DNA of 64,000 bases from Hyaloraphidium curvatum SAG 235-1 (taxonomy: Eukaryota; Fungi; Monoblepharomycota). The stretch's first letter is position 1. Each line of letters starts with the position of its first letter. The stretch lies in NCBI GenBank assembly GCA_025558095.1, contig JAIVFI010000005.1, positions 372,001-436,000 on the forward strand, given 5' to 3'. Positions 44,133 through 55,173 of this stretch are shown here, in pieces. The notes under the pieces were generated by a model. It saw only the letters and a list, made by a program, of their open reading frames with translations. It did not search any database and was not told the DNA's origin. Made by a program: the position numbers and the translations under genes.

Positions 44133-47100
44133 GGCTGATGGGCGCTGGCGTCCTCGCACGCGACGCGTTCTCGCCGAAGTGATGAAGGGCCGAACACACA
44201 CGGCCCGCCTAACCCAAGGCCACGCGTCCAGACGCGTCCAAAAGCCCTTCGCAGTTTCCGTTCCAAACAGCTCCACAGCAGCCTGCCGCTCGGCTCGCTC
44301 TCCCTATTTGCCAGGGGTTCACCAGCCCGAGCTGATTGACCGGGGGTGCCGGCAACCTCGCCACGCTCGGACCGGCGAGCGGGATCGGACTCCCGCGTCC
44401 CCGCGAAAGCTCCCGCACCGAAACGTAGAGGCTGGGAGATTGAACGCCAAGGAACTCGCGCTCGATTTCGTTCTTCTTTCGATTCGGCCTCCTGCTGCGA
44501 GGGGATTCTGGCCAGACCTTCGCGGCATCGTCCTCGCGCCGGCGGATGCCAGCGCGGCTCCAGACACCCGCGGGCAAAACATGTTTGCTTTTGAGCTCGA
44601 GGGAAGGATAGCCGCGACCACAGGGCCTCCGGTGCTTCGGCGAGGCGAGACGGTCAAGCAACCAACCGATGCGGTGCAGGTCCTCAGCATTGGCCCCTGA
44701 GCGACTGAAATCCTCTTGGAATCGTTTTTCCTCGCGACATACTGGGAGCTAGGCCACCTTTCTGCGGAATGCCTGCGGTGGCAGGTCGCGGAAGGAAGTT
44801 CCATGGTTCGACTGTACCACGGAGCTTCGGCCGTCGTATCGGCGGTGATCGGGCGCAACAAGGAGCCGCGCCGTCGGCATCGCCTTCCACGATGCGTTTG
44901 GCACCGTCTAGGTGCCATTTCAACGGGGATGCGTTTGCAGGTTGAGGTGCTTCGTGAGCGTTTCCGTGGGGGCGGTCTCTCGGCAAAGTCAAACATCAGA
45001 AGTCGCCGGTTTCCGATCTCTTCATGTACGGCCCGGCCAATGCATCTGGAGAAACTAACATGGGCCCATACTTCGGTCATATTGTCTTCAAAACCCCCCG
45101 TGGCCCGAGGAGCGTCGTCCCATTCCGATCTGACCGGTGGACGCCAACATCAAGCGATAGCACGTCAACGGCCGACTGTTGCACCTTCGAACCGCGTCCA
45201 TGTGACGCCTAGAGCACGTATGGCAGAGAGACTGTATAGATACGCAGGTTCCTTGCGTCGTATCTTCCGGATGACGCCCGGAGAGGGCAGGAAAAATCCG
45301 CAAGCGGCTCAGAAAGACGTGCTTCAGGATACCACCTCAAGCATGCAATGCAAGCATCATACGATCCGCGTTCCAGACTTATATGGTCACGATCGTCGCA
45401 AGAGTGGGTCGAAGGGACCGTAGCCCAGTCCGCAGCTCCCCGGTGGCCTCCCCGGCGCCCCATGCCTGACCTCTCGATTGCAGGTCGAGCGTGGCAAAAA
45501 TCGTCCTCCTTTGCTTCCGCATCACCATTACCGGACTTCATTACGTGATTTGCTATCGCGGGCCCCGCGAATTTGGTGGCCGGTGAGCCGGACGCTTGAT
45601 GTTGCTGGACAAGAGTCAAATGGAGCTTGGCCTCCTGCGGGCCCCATCGCTTCGCCGTTCTAACTTTCCAAGTCCATCATCCGCCGAGATTGGCCGGCTT
45701 CGGCGCGTTCCGGGTACTGCGGGACCGTCCTCGTGTGTGAGCTGCTGCGCCTGCGAAAAGAATCCGCGATACGACAAATTTTGTTCCATTGCCAACCGTC
45801 GCGCATCCCACAACCCCTGGCCTCTCGCGACGTCTTTGAGCCCCGGAAAGCGTGGTTCTGCCCAAGATCAGCTCCCTGCTTGCGCTGCTGGTCGCCGTCT
45901 GGGGCTGCTCTGCAGCCGCATCGCGACACGGGGGAACATGGTCTGGGGCGTGGCATCACGGCACGGCGTCGCACCCCTCATGGCGGCAGCCCGGGACCAC
46001 GTCGAACAGGACCTTGTGCTTGCCATCCGCCTTGAGCACGCACGAGACGTCCTAACTGGCGGAGAACCGAGGGTTCAGAATACCCGAAGCACGCCATTGC
46101 CGAGCAGGCACCGAGGCGCGGCGATCGCCTCGACCACTCCAGTGGTCTTCATCCCGCGCGAGTGTACGCAGAGCAAGTTATACACCTCTACAGCGGTTTC
46201 TTGCCCTTCGAGCTCGAGAAACCCCCACAGGATTGATGATGCAGGCGCTTGACCGTTTTGGCTGGCAGCATTCCCTGCCCTCATCCACCGCCAACTCAAT
46301 CGATACATCCATTCCGACATCCCCGATACAATATAGCACCCAAAAACTCGTGATAACCGGGCGGACATGGTCGGAAACGTGCTGTACCTTGCCCAGTCGT
46401 TTGTTCCATCACGGAAAGTCGCACATCCGGATGATCCCTGCAGATACATGCACTAGCAGTACAAGCAGTACACGCTTGTTTACTGTCATTGCCCGGACTT
46501 GCAGAATGGATCTCAATCTCCATAGCTTTTGCCGTTCGGCCGGGCAACTCCGACCCTCCCCGAAGCATGGAGTACGTACTTCCATGCTGGGTAGATCTAC
46601 AATGGCGATAGTCAGCCAAAATGCTGTTACAGACATGCTGTATCTTTTTCGGGGCCCGTGGTGGCCGCAGCTTCTCACTTTCGGCTTGTCAAGTCGTTTC
46701 CGGTCCAACTCGCGCAATTCTCGCCGCCTGCGCGCCCCTCGGCAGAAGCGGGTTCCGCTTCAGCAAACTGCATTGTGCTGCGGTCATCCTGCGTTGGTAA
46801 CCGAATCTGCATTGCATTTCCCTCGCCATGATGCTTCATGCGTCACTGTCAGGGACTACGCCACCCTGGAAGGTTCTGAGGCTTTCCCGGACTCTTCCTG
46901 GCTCCGCCACACGCACCTACGCCTCACGCTGGCGCGGACCGGACTATATAAACCGATAGATCTTTGCCTGTACAACCCGAACGTTCGGATAGAGTTACAA
47001 GCCCCGTACTCCGTCTCCCCGTTCTCCCGATCCCGCAGGCCAGGACCGGCCTCCCACGGCCTCTCCTGACAGTCACGCATTTTGCCACACGGCTCGAACC

Positions 47101-47499
47101 CGTTCCCGTCTGCGCCGTTACGTGCATCAGACCTGGACAAGGCCTCCCGATGCTCGATTCTGCTGTACCGTTATGTGGACGGTCCACCTCAATGGAGGGA
47201 ATGATGGCAGGTGGCATGATCAGGCGAGGAAAACTCAAATTGTGGTTCAGAAATCCGAGCTACCGTCCCATCTATGCGTCTTGCTTGGTGCTGCACGCCT
47301 CCTTCGATTGCGTTGTAGGCACTCGGTTGATGATTTCTTCACGTTCAATGCGGCTGGAAGCAAACTCTGGGGCATGTCAAGACTCTGGTAACGTTGCCTA
47401 CGAGAGGCGGAATTGGAGGCCATGAATACGGCACTTAACGACAAGGAAGCCAGGAATCAGTCCCAACATGGATCATAATGGCGCATAAAAATGGCTTTC

Positions 47500-47644
47500 T
47501 GAACCGAAGCATCAGTGCTCCAGTGTCTGTGCCGATAGCGAGAGTCAGCTTACCCTTCCACTTTGCAACATTCACGGCATCGATCACAATGACGAGCTTA
47601 GCATCCACGTTTCCGACGGCTTCGGCTATCAGCGTAGGTTTCAT
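47500..47644 (-). mobile_element. Possible decayed Mutator (MULE) transposase fragment
   Basis: LVIVIDAVNVAKWKGKLTLAIGTD resembles the MULE first-Asp motif (VI.IDGT.L..KYKG.LL.A.G.D); the rest is disrupted. Confidence 0.3.
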
Positions 47645-47999
47645 GGCTCAACAGCTTCCCTCCCCAGCATGAGCAGGGAGATGCCGACTGTGACCTAGGT
47701 CGAATCAAGATCTCGCCATGGATCGCACCAGCACGTGACAAGTCGCGTGCCTCCTGCCACCGGCAATGGCAGTTTCAACAAGCCGTTTTGCTGTGCGTGA
47801 TCATCCTCGTCCAATAGACTGACGAGCTCCATGATCGCCGCGAGGAGGGGGGCTCAGTCTTCAAGCTGATGGAGTCAGGCATGGCCCTGTGCTGCGAAAT
47901 TTGATTCAGCAGACCGAGAATTCCTATCTGAAACGACGGTGGCGGCGCCTCGCTTTGACCCAGGCACAGGTGAGAAAAGGGTTAGTTGACTTTGTCCTC

Positions 48000-48200
48000 G
48001 GGCGGTCCACGAGTGGTCCACGAGGACGTTCCCCGGCCCACGTCTATCGCTTCTGGTCCACGGCCACTGTTGACGGTCTACCATATGCACGAGTGGCCTA
48101 CGCCGGGGTTTTCTGGTCTGCCAAACCTGAAGCGGTCCACGACTGCGCGAACAGTTCACGGAAACTTGAGCGGTCCACGACTGGGCGAACGGTTCACGGA
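48000..48200. repeat. GGTCCACG motif cluster and 38-bp-period direct repeat just downstream of the transposase
   Basis: agcggtccacgactgcgcgaacagttcacgga (48131-48162) and agcggtccacgactgggcgaacggttcacgga (48169-48200); further ggtccacg copies near 48004, 48015 and 48055. Confidence 0.8.
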
Positions 48201-48269
48201 TACCCCAAATTGTCTACGGCGATGCGCAGGTGGTTCACCGCCGCTGTTTCCGACTCGTATCAGCATGTT

Positions 48270-50720
48270 TCACGCGGAACCGACATTTCGCCGACCCCAC
48301 GGGGCATCTACGGCCGCTGCCGCGCGCTCTACGGTGCTCCAGAGGGCGGCAAGGAGTTGGGGGCCGAGCTTCGCCCCGCGCGGACCGGAGCGGCAGGACT
48401 TGGGAAGCCGGAGATATCCTTCAAACTGCCGCCGGCCCCGCTCGTTGAGGCTGCTCAGGAAGCGCACGGCCGGGTCGCCCGAATCGTGCGAGTAGCCACA
48501 CAGTGCCGCCGCACGAACAAAGCGATCCGCGACCATTGCGATCTTGGCGCCAACTGATGTGCGGACGAGTCGCAAGACTGCCCGGAGGGACGGCCAGGCC
48601 GCATAGCGCCCGTCTGACGCCCACGGCGGGGTGCGTGCGCCCGAGGCGTCGGCCGCCCAGTGATCGGACCACTTGTACCTGAGCCTTTCGATGAAGCACC
48701 GGGTTCTTTGCATCTCTGGGCTGGCCGCGAGCTGTTCGCTGCTCATTAAGGAGAATTGGCGCACGGCGGGTGCGCAGTAGCCGGCCGCAGCATCCACGAG
48801 GTCGGAACAGAACTCAATCCAAGCCTCGTCGCCTCCCGCGACGAGATGACGGACAAGCGCCTGCAGCCTGGCATCGAACGTTTCCGTCGAGTTCATGCCG
48901 TCGAGCTCCGCGGGGGCAAAGTAGGAAATGCAGAGGTCGCGCAGGACGGCCGCCAGCTGCGGCCCGAGACTGTGCGTAAAGGCCACGCGGAGATGGTTCA
49001 GGTCGGGCACTTCCGGATCGGAATCCACACATCCCTCCTGCCGCTGATGGATGTCCCGAGAACCTTGCGACTCTTCTTGCCCGGACGCCCACGTTCGGTG
49101 TGGCCCCAGCAGCAGGTAGCCCCTCTCGTCGCAGTAGGCTCGCGGCAACTCCAGCACGAAGGCCCTGTAGCAATCTACGGCAAAGCGGATGCGCTGGGGT
49201 GCCCTTGACCGCTTGTCTGGACGGCTGCTGACAGGCTTGCCCTCCACCAGGTAGGAGCAGAACCGGTCGAGATGCTTCTCCGAAATCAGAGCCAGCCGGC
49301 GCAGCACGTTCCCATCCGGCGCGATGTGGGCATCGATGAGGGCGCGGCGGAACCTCCCCATCCACGGGTTTCGGCCCAGCTTGATCACATCCGTCACCAA
49401 CCAGGCGAGGTCGAGTTCGCGGGGCAAGGAGCGGAACGAGTCACAGATCCCCACAACAGCAGCCGCATGAAAGAAGGGAGAAGCGACGCAAGGACATTGC
49501 GACGCTAAAGTAGGTGCAAGCGACCCCGAGATGGGAGCTGTGTCGGCATCGGCATGCCGTTCAGGCCCCGCAAAGTCGGCCGCTGCGGCAACGAGGCGGA
49601 CATCCGACGAAGGAACAGGCAATGTGCCCAAAGAAAGGAGCCCTTCGGCGGCAACAAGCCGGGTGTATTCGGCCGCGCTGGCCTTGAAACAGTGATGGAA
49701 AATCTTCGAAAGATCCATGTCCGCGACCGCATCCACTGCGCGCTTGATCGAGGCGATGAGCTCCTCCTGCGTGGACGGGCAATCGGCCCTCACGCGGTGC
49801 TTTGTCATGGCAAAGAAGATCTCTGCGGGATTGAACTGCGGCGACTGGGGCCTCATGTAGGCGAGCGAAAGGTTGTTGGCGGAAGCCACCTCCCTTACCG
49901 CCTTGAACGACTTGGTGTTGGAGCAGTCGCGGTAAGTGACGGTGCCGTCGCGGGCCTTGCGCTTCAGCAGTGGCGGTCCGTGGAACCCGGCATTGTCAGC
50001 AATCACCGTCAGGGGCGCCGCCGCCCTTTCAGCGCCGCTCTCGCTGCTGTTTACCGTCCTGAGGAAGCTCACGAACCGATCGTTGTCCGTGGTTCCGTTG
50101 TGGATGATGTAGGACACCACGCAGCCTCGGTAGTTGCCAGGCCTGGGCACGGCAGAGATGCACACCGCAAGCGTCGTCTTGGTGCCCCTGTGCAGCGGTC
50201 TCTCGACGACTGCTTCGTCGCCCTTGCGCGCGTAGCCGTACCTGGGCCCATCGTTCAGGTAGAACCCCGACTCGTCCAGCGCGGCCCTGTTGGCTGGCTC
50301 GCTAGCGAGAATCTGCTCGTGGAAAGCAATGTGCCTCTCCGGCTGCGCCGCGGCCTCGGAGCTGACGTATCTGACCTTCTTCCGCACGATGCCCTGCCTC
50401 CGCAGCACCGTGGAGACGTGCTGCTGAGTGACGGGCACACCGAACCTGGTTTCAAAGTCCTTCGCCAGTCTCGCCTGGGTGACCGTCACGCGCTCCAGGG
50501 CCTCCTTGGCCAACCATGCGGCTCGTTCAGGAGTGACTTTAGAGCTGGCCGGCGCCCGGCGGGGCTCCTTTTCCTGCGTGACAGCGGCTGCTTCGGCCTG
50601 CCAGCGGAACAGGGTGCTGCGATTGATGCCAAAGAAACTGCAGATGTTCGGGACGGGGATTTCGAGCCCGTTCTTCATGCCGAGGGCAACTTCCCGACGG
50701 TCTACGAGATGCCGGGTCAT
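48270..50720 (-). mobile_element. IS630/Tc1-mariner DDE transposase with long C-terminal extension (816 aa, intronless)
   Basis: HTH (ICSFFGINRSTLFRW), winged helix (VTQQHVSTVLRRQGIVRKK), ALDESGF, IADNAGFH, MRPQSPQFNPAEIFFAMTK. Confidence 0.9.
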
Positions 50721-51393
50721 CGAGGGAGTTTTCTCTAGTCAGCGCGTGGTCTTCTGAGATGACATAAACAACCACTACCTAAACTAAAACAAGACCCGGA
50801 CATGGGAGCCGAATCGAGCGCCAAAGTCGACGGGAATACTACCGGCGATGAACAGAGGAGGAGATACGTGGTCTCCAAGTTTGGAGCGCACGGCTACGAG
50901 ACGGGCGCGGCGATGGTGAAGCCGCACCGCTGTCGCGACTACGCGCGGGACCTTGGGGAGGGCTTCAGCTCCGGAGACATGTGGGGACCCTTTTCCGCGC
51001 TCGTTCGATGCCTTTGGTCGAGCCCAGGGTGAGCCACGTTTGCGTTGTCGCCCTCGAGCTCGAGCGTTTACGCGAGACCGTTCCATCCCGTTCACCTCAG
51101 ACTGGAACCTCCACGCCATCAGTTCTCGCCAGCTAACGTCAGCTCTCCATCGGCTGACGACAAAAAGTCCAAGGATTAGCTCGCTGGCCTTTCCGTTTCT
51201 GCTACTCGGAGGAACGCGACTGACTTTCGGACGCGTGTCGAATCGACGATGCCATCGATATTCTGCCTGTTGTGCTATAAGATCTGCCTCTTTGGTGTGC
51301 AAAGGGTCAGGATGGCTACGGATATCGTCAACTCCTGCCAGATACGCTCCATCGGTGCTGGAACACAGCGCTCTTGGCAAGGTCGCGAGATGT

Positions 51394-52314
51394 TCAGACA
51401 CCGAGCGCCGTGATGAACACTGATTTGAGAGTGTTGTAATCCTTGGTATCCTGCAACCGTGTTTCAGACACGTCGGACGGAGCAGGCGTCTCGAGACGAA
51501 CCTTCGTGGAAGCCGCAACCTCCTGCCGGGCCACGTTGAGCTGCTTCTTCATCACCTTCAACGCCTCGATAGCTTCAGCTTGTTGTGTGTTTTCTGTACG
51601 GCGGAGAAATTGGCCATGAGCTGTCGAGCGCTTTTGTATCGACTTTGTTGCACGAACGGAGGTTGTCGAACGAAGAAAAGAACGAATGCTTAACCTTCCC
51701 CACGTTCTTGAAACCGGTGTCGAATTTGGTTATCATGGAAACCGTCGTGTCCTGCGAGATGGCAACGTAGCGCGAATCGTGAGTCCGATCAGGTTCTTCG
51801 GAAGATCGCAAACCCACGAGCGACTTTTCGATTCCAGCCTTGAGCTTCTTCAACTGAGCACCGGATTCCTCGATTTGCCCTTCGAAGTCTCGCTTGGTGT
51901 TCTCCAACCTGTCCTGCCTCTTGGCCATCTCCAGCCCAAGGGCGTCGCGGGCCTCCTTCGCCTTCTTTTCCAGCTGCTGAACGTGCTCCGATTCGGCGCG
52001 CTTGGCGCGATCGGTGTTCTTCTTCTTGAACTGGGCTGCGCGACGTTCCCAACCGTCGAGTGAATCAGCCGGGGAGGACGGTCCGTACGCCCAGTCCGCG
52101 CACCGGAAACGAGTCCGAGAATCTTCTTGAGGCTCTCGCCGTCTTCGTGGTCCGAGTTGTCGTCCGGAGGCGCCTCGAAACCGTCCTCGATGTCCTCTGG
52201 GGGCGCCGCGATTCCAGACGTGATCTCCCGCGCGGGCGGGACGCGACGCAGCTTACCAGTCAGAACCTGCCTCCCGGCGGCTTGCCTGCCCTTTTGCTGC
52301 TTTCCGCCAGCCAT
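51394..52314 (-). CDS. Coiled-coil protein, SYCP3/Cor1-like paralog B
   Basis: Spliced ...GESLKKILGLVS^AQFKKKNTDRAKRAESE...IEKSL^DTTVSM...KHSFFSSFDNL^QNTQQ...ARQE^DTKDYNTLKSVFITALGV*. Confidence 0.6.
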
Positions 52315-52478
52315 GGTTCTGGCGCTTTGGTGTGCGCGGTTGTCCACTGTGGAGGCAGAGATCGATCATGCGTCACCGCCCAACGGACCGCCGATCTAAT
52401 AGAGGAAGCACGGGACCGCATATATGCTAATTTGTACATGATTCTTAACCTGGTATCGTTTTGAATAGAATTCAGGGC

Positions 52479-53613
52479 TCATAGATCCGAAGCGAGGGTC
52501 GCCCGCTTGCGAGGCTTCGCCGTGTCATCGGTCAGCAGATCCGCCAACGCCTCCTGCAATTTCGGATGTTAAATAGCGCCAGAAAGTGCTCGGAGAGAAG
52601 TTCGCACCTGCAGAGGGTTCGACTTCCGCTTCTTCGCGTTGGTGGCTTCTTCCTTGGCATCCGCTTTGGCTTCGCGATCCGCGTTCCGATCCCCGGCGCG
52701 AGCTGTAGTTTGCCTCTTCTGCTCATCCAGAGAGTCCGCGATGAACGTATGCTCCTTCAGAATGCCTGGAGCGACGCATCGTTAGACGACAGCGAGTGTT
52801 GCTAGCACGAAACTTGCTTTTCACGGTGCCTGCGAACGACATTCGAATCATTCATGAGACACACGATCAATGCCCACGAAAGAAAACGTACTCTGTACGC
52901 CCTTCTGGAAATCGGAGTCAACCTTCTTCAAGCTTTGCGTTGCTTTGCCGAGGCCCTTGACTGCGTTTTCGCTGACGATCTGGTTCAAGACGATCGGATC
53001 AATCGGAAACGAACAGGAGAGCAGGCAAAGGGCTTGCATTGAACTTGTCGCTCTCCGTCTTGAGCTTCTGCAGCAGACCCATGCGCTCGCTGGGCATAAT
53101 GAAGCTCGATCAGTGGAAGCTCTCATCGCCCCGTCGCGTCCTTACTCGAAAAGCTCTTCCATCTTCGTCTGGAACTCGGAGATCTTCGTTGTAACCTCCC
53201 TCTCGTGCTTCTCCGTGATCTGTACCGCCAGGACTTGAATGTTGTTCAAGACCTGTAACATCGCGGTTCCAGAGGCGTCAGTTTCGTTCCTTCACGCCGC
53301 GCAGTCCGACGTCAACTGTCCAACCTTGTCGCATTCAATCTTGAGCTTCGCTGCCTTCTCGGCCTGGTTCTTGGAGACGCGTGCTGCGGAGAAGAAGTCG
53401 CCGCGGAAAGCACAGGAGGGGACGCGGAGCTCCGCGTCAGCCGCGCGGGAGTGAAAGATTCGCCCCGTTCCCGACGGGCGCTGCCGTTTCCGAACGCGTT
53501 CTTTACCTTGGAGCGTGGCCAGGATTTCGTTGAGGCCGTCGTCCCTGCGATCGGAATCAACGGTTCAGGAGGTTCCCCGGTCCGCGCGGCCGCGCGGTCT
53601 CCTACCCCGCCAT
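52479..53613 (-). CDS. Coiled-coil protein, SYCP3/Cor1-like paralog C
   Basis: Spliced MAG^DDGLNEILATLQ^ARVSKNQAEKAAKLKIECDK^VLNNI...SDKFN^IVSENAV...DSDFQKGVQ^STVK^SILKEH...NPLQ^EALADLL...; two GC-AG introns; 12-nt exon 52818-52829. Confidence 0.55.
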
Positions 53614-53768
53614 GCTTAGGCGCAAATAGGAGTCAAAGTAGAATCAGGTGAACGAGAGGCTCTGGCGAGTGCGGAATCCAGGTTCGCTGGAGGTGCGAGT
53701 TGTGGTTGACGCGGCGGTCTGCGATCAGTCGCGTGTACGAACACCTTTCATCCTGCAATTGCCGTTCG

Positions 53769-55147
53769 ATGGCCACGCGATGCCTCGTCCTAGCCGCGGG
53801 ACTGCGAATCGCGTTGCTCCTGTACGGATTGCTGCAGGATCGGACGCCGCTGAAATACACGGACATCGACTACTTTGTCTTCACGGACGCGGCGACCTTC
53901 GTCGCCAACGGAGAGAGCCCCTACCTCCGGGAGACATACCGATACACGCCGTTGCTGGCGTGGATCCTCGTCCCAAATGCCACTCTGTTCGCGGCATGGG
54001 GCAAGGTTCTTTTTGCTGCCCTAGATTTGGCTTGCGGAAGCTTGGTGGCCACCATCTTGGAGAAGCGCGGCATGGGACCCAGTCGTGCGATGTGGAGCTA
54101 CGCGAGCCTCATTCTTCTGAATCCGTTCATCGCGACCATATCGACGCGTGGAAGCGCGGAGGCGGTGGTCAATTTTCTCGTCATCGCGACGTTTTACCTC
54201 TTCCTCGAGCGGCGGACATTCCTTGCTTCCTTCACTTTCGGGCTCGCCGTCCACGTGAAAATCTACCCGATCCTTTATGCGCTACCTATCCTTGTCATGC
54301 TCGACGGAGACTATTCTACGGGCTCCGGGCCGTCCAAACTGCCGCGCCCACAAAGTTGGGGTCTTCGAGGTATTCTGAACCGCCAACGGATTGCGTTTGG
54401 CCTTACTAGTGGCCTGACCTTCTTTGCTTTGACTGCCATAATGTTTGCGATGTGAGACGCACGCGCGCTCTAGCTTTGGCTTGTCTCATGGCTTTCGGCA
54501 GCTATGGCGAACCGTTTCTGAACGAGTCCCTCCTGTACCACGTCGGGCGCAAGGACCACCGGCACAACTTCTCGGTCTACTTCTACTCCATTTATCTGGA
54601 TTACGACAGGATGTCTTCCGCCGCGGCCATGCTCCCTTTCGTGACGCAGCTTCTTCTCGCCGGAATCATTGGCTTGAAGTTCGGACGGGACTTGGGATTC
54701 GCCTGCTTTCTGCAGACCGTAGCCTTCGTTGCCTTCAACAAAGTATCCACCAGCCAGGTAGGCTTCAACATACCCTCAATCCACGGGCTTCCTTCCTGAT
54801 CTTGGCCCTCCAAGTACTTCGTTTGGTACCTCGCTCTCCTGCCCTTGGCAGCTCCTTCGATCCAGCTTGCCCAAACATGGAAGACGGGACTTTGGACGTT
54901 GGCAGGTTGGATTGCGTCCCAGGTGAGGACGGACCATCTTTTGCGGCACCGGATCATGACCCGAGCTCCACAGGCAATTTGGCTATGGCGAGCATACCGG
55001 CTGGAGCTTCTGGGGGAGAACGCCTTCCGTTCCGTGTTCGGATCCGGCCTGCTCTTCTTCTGGGCCCATTGCGCGGTCCTGGTATACTTCATTCGAAGCT
55101 CTACACCCAGGCCCTGGTTCGACCGCGGCCGTATTTCCGCGGCGTAG
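53769..55147 (+). CDS. GPI14: GPI mannosyltransferase 1 (PIG-M)
   Basis: KYTDIDY.VFTDAA, SPY.RETYRYTPLLAW, ISTRGSAE, VHVKIYP, RKDHRHNFS, FNKVSTSQYFVWY. Confidence 0.96.
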
Positions 55148-55173
55148 CGGAGCGAAGATCCCCCTGCCATGAA

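Noticed and set aside
48131-48200. CRISPR-like array
   Set aside because: Only two repeat copies with a 6-nt gap, a eukaryotic context and no cas genes.
48270-49700. Fanzor/TnpB RNA-guided nuclease fused to or carried by the IS630-type element
   Set aside because: No RuvC-I (GxDPG), RuvC-II (E..TS..C..C) or RuvC-III (RD.NA..N) motifs were seen in the extension or the neighbouring frames.
47800-51300. Terminal inverted repeats of the transposon
   Set aside because: Only a vague match (gactttgtcctcg versus gacgacaaaaagtc) was found, with no convincing TIR or TA target duplication by eye.
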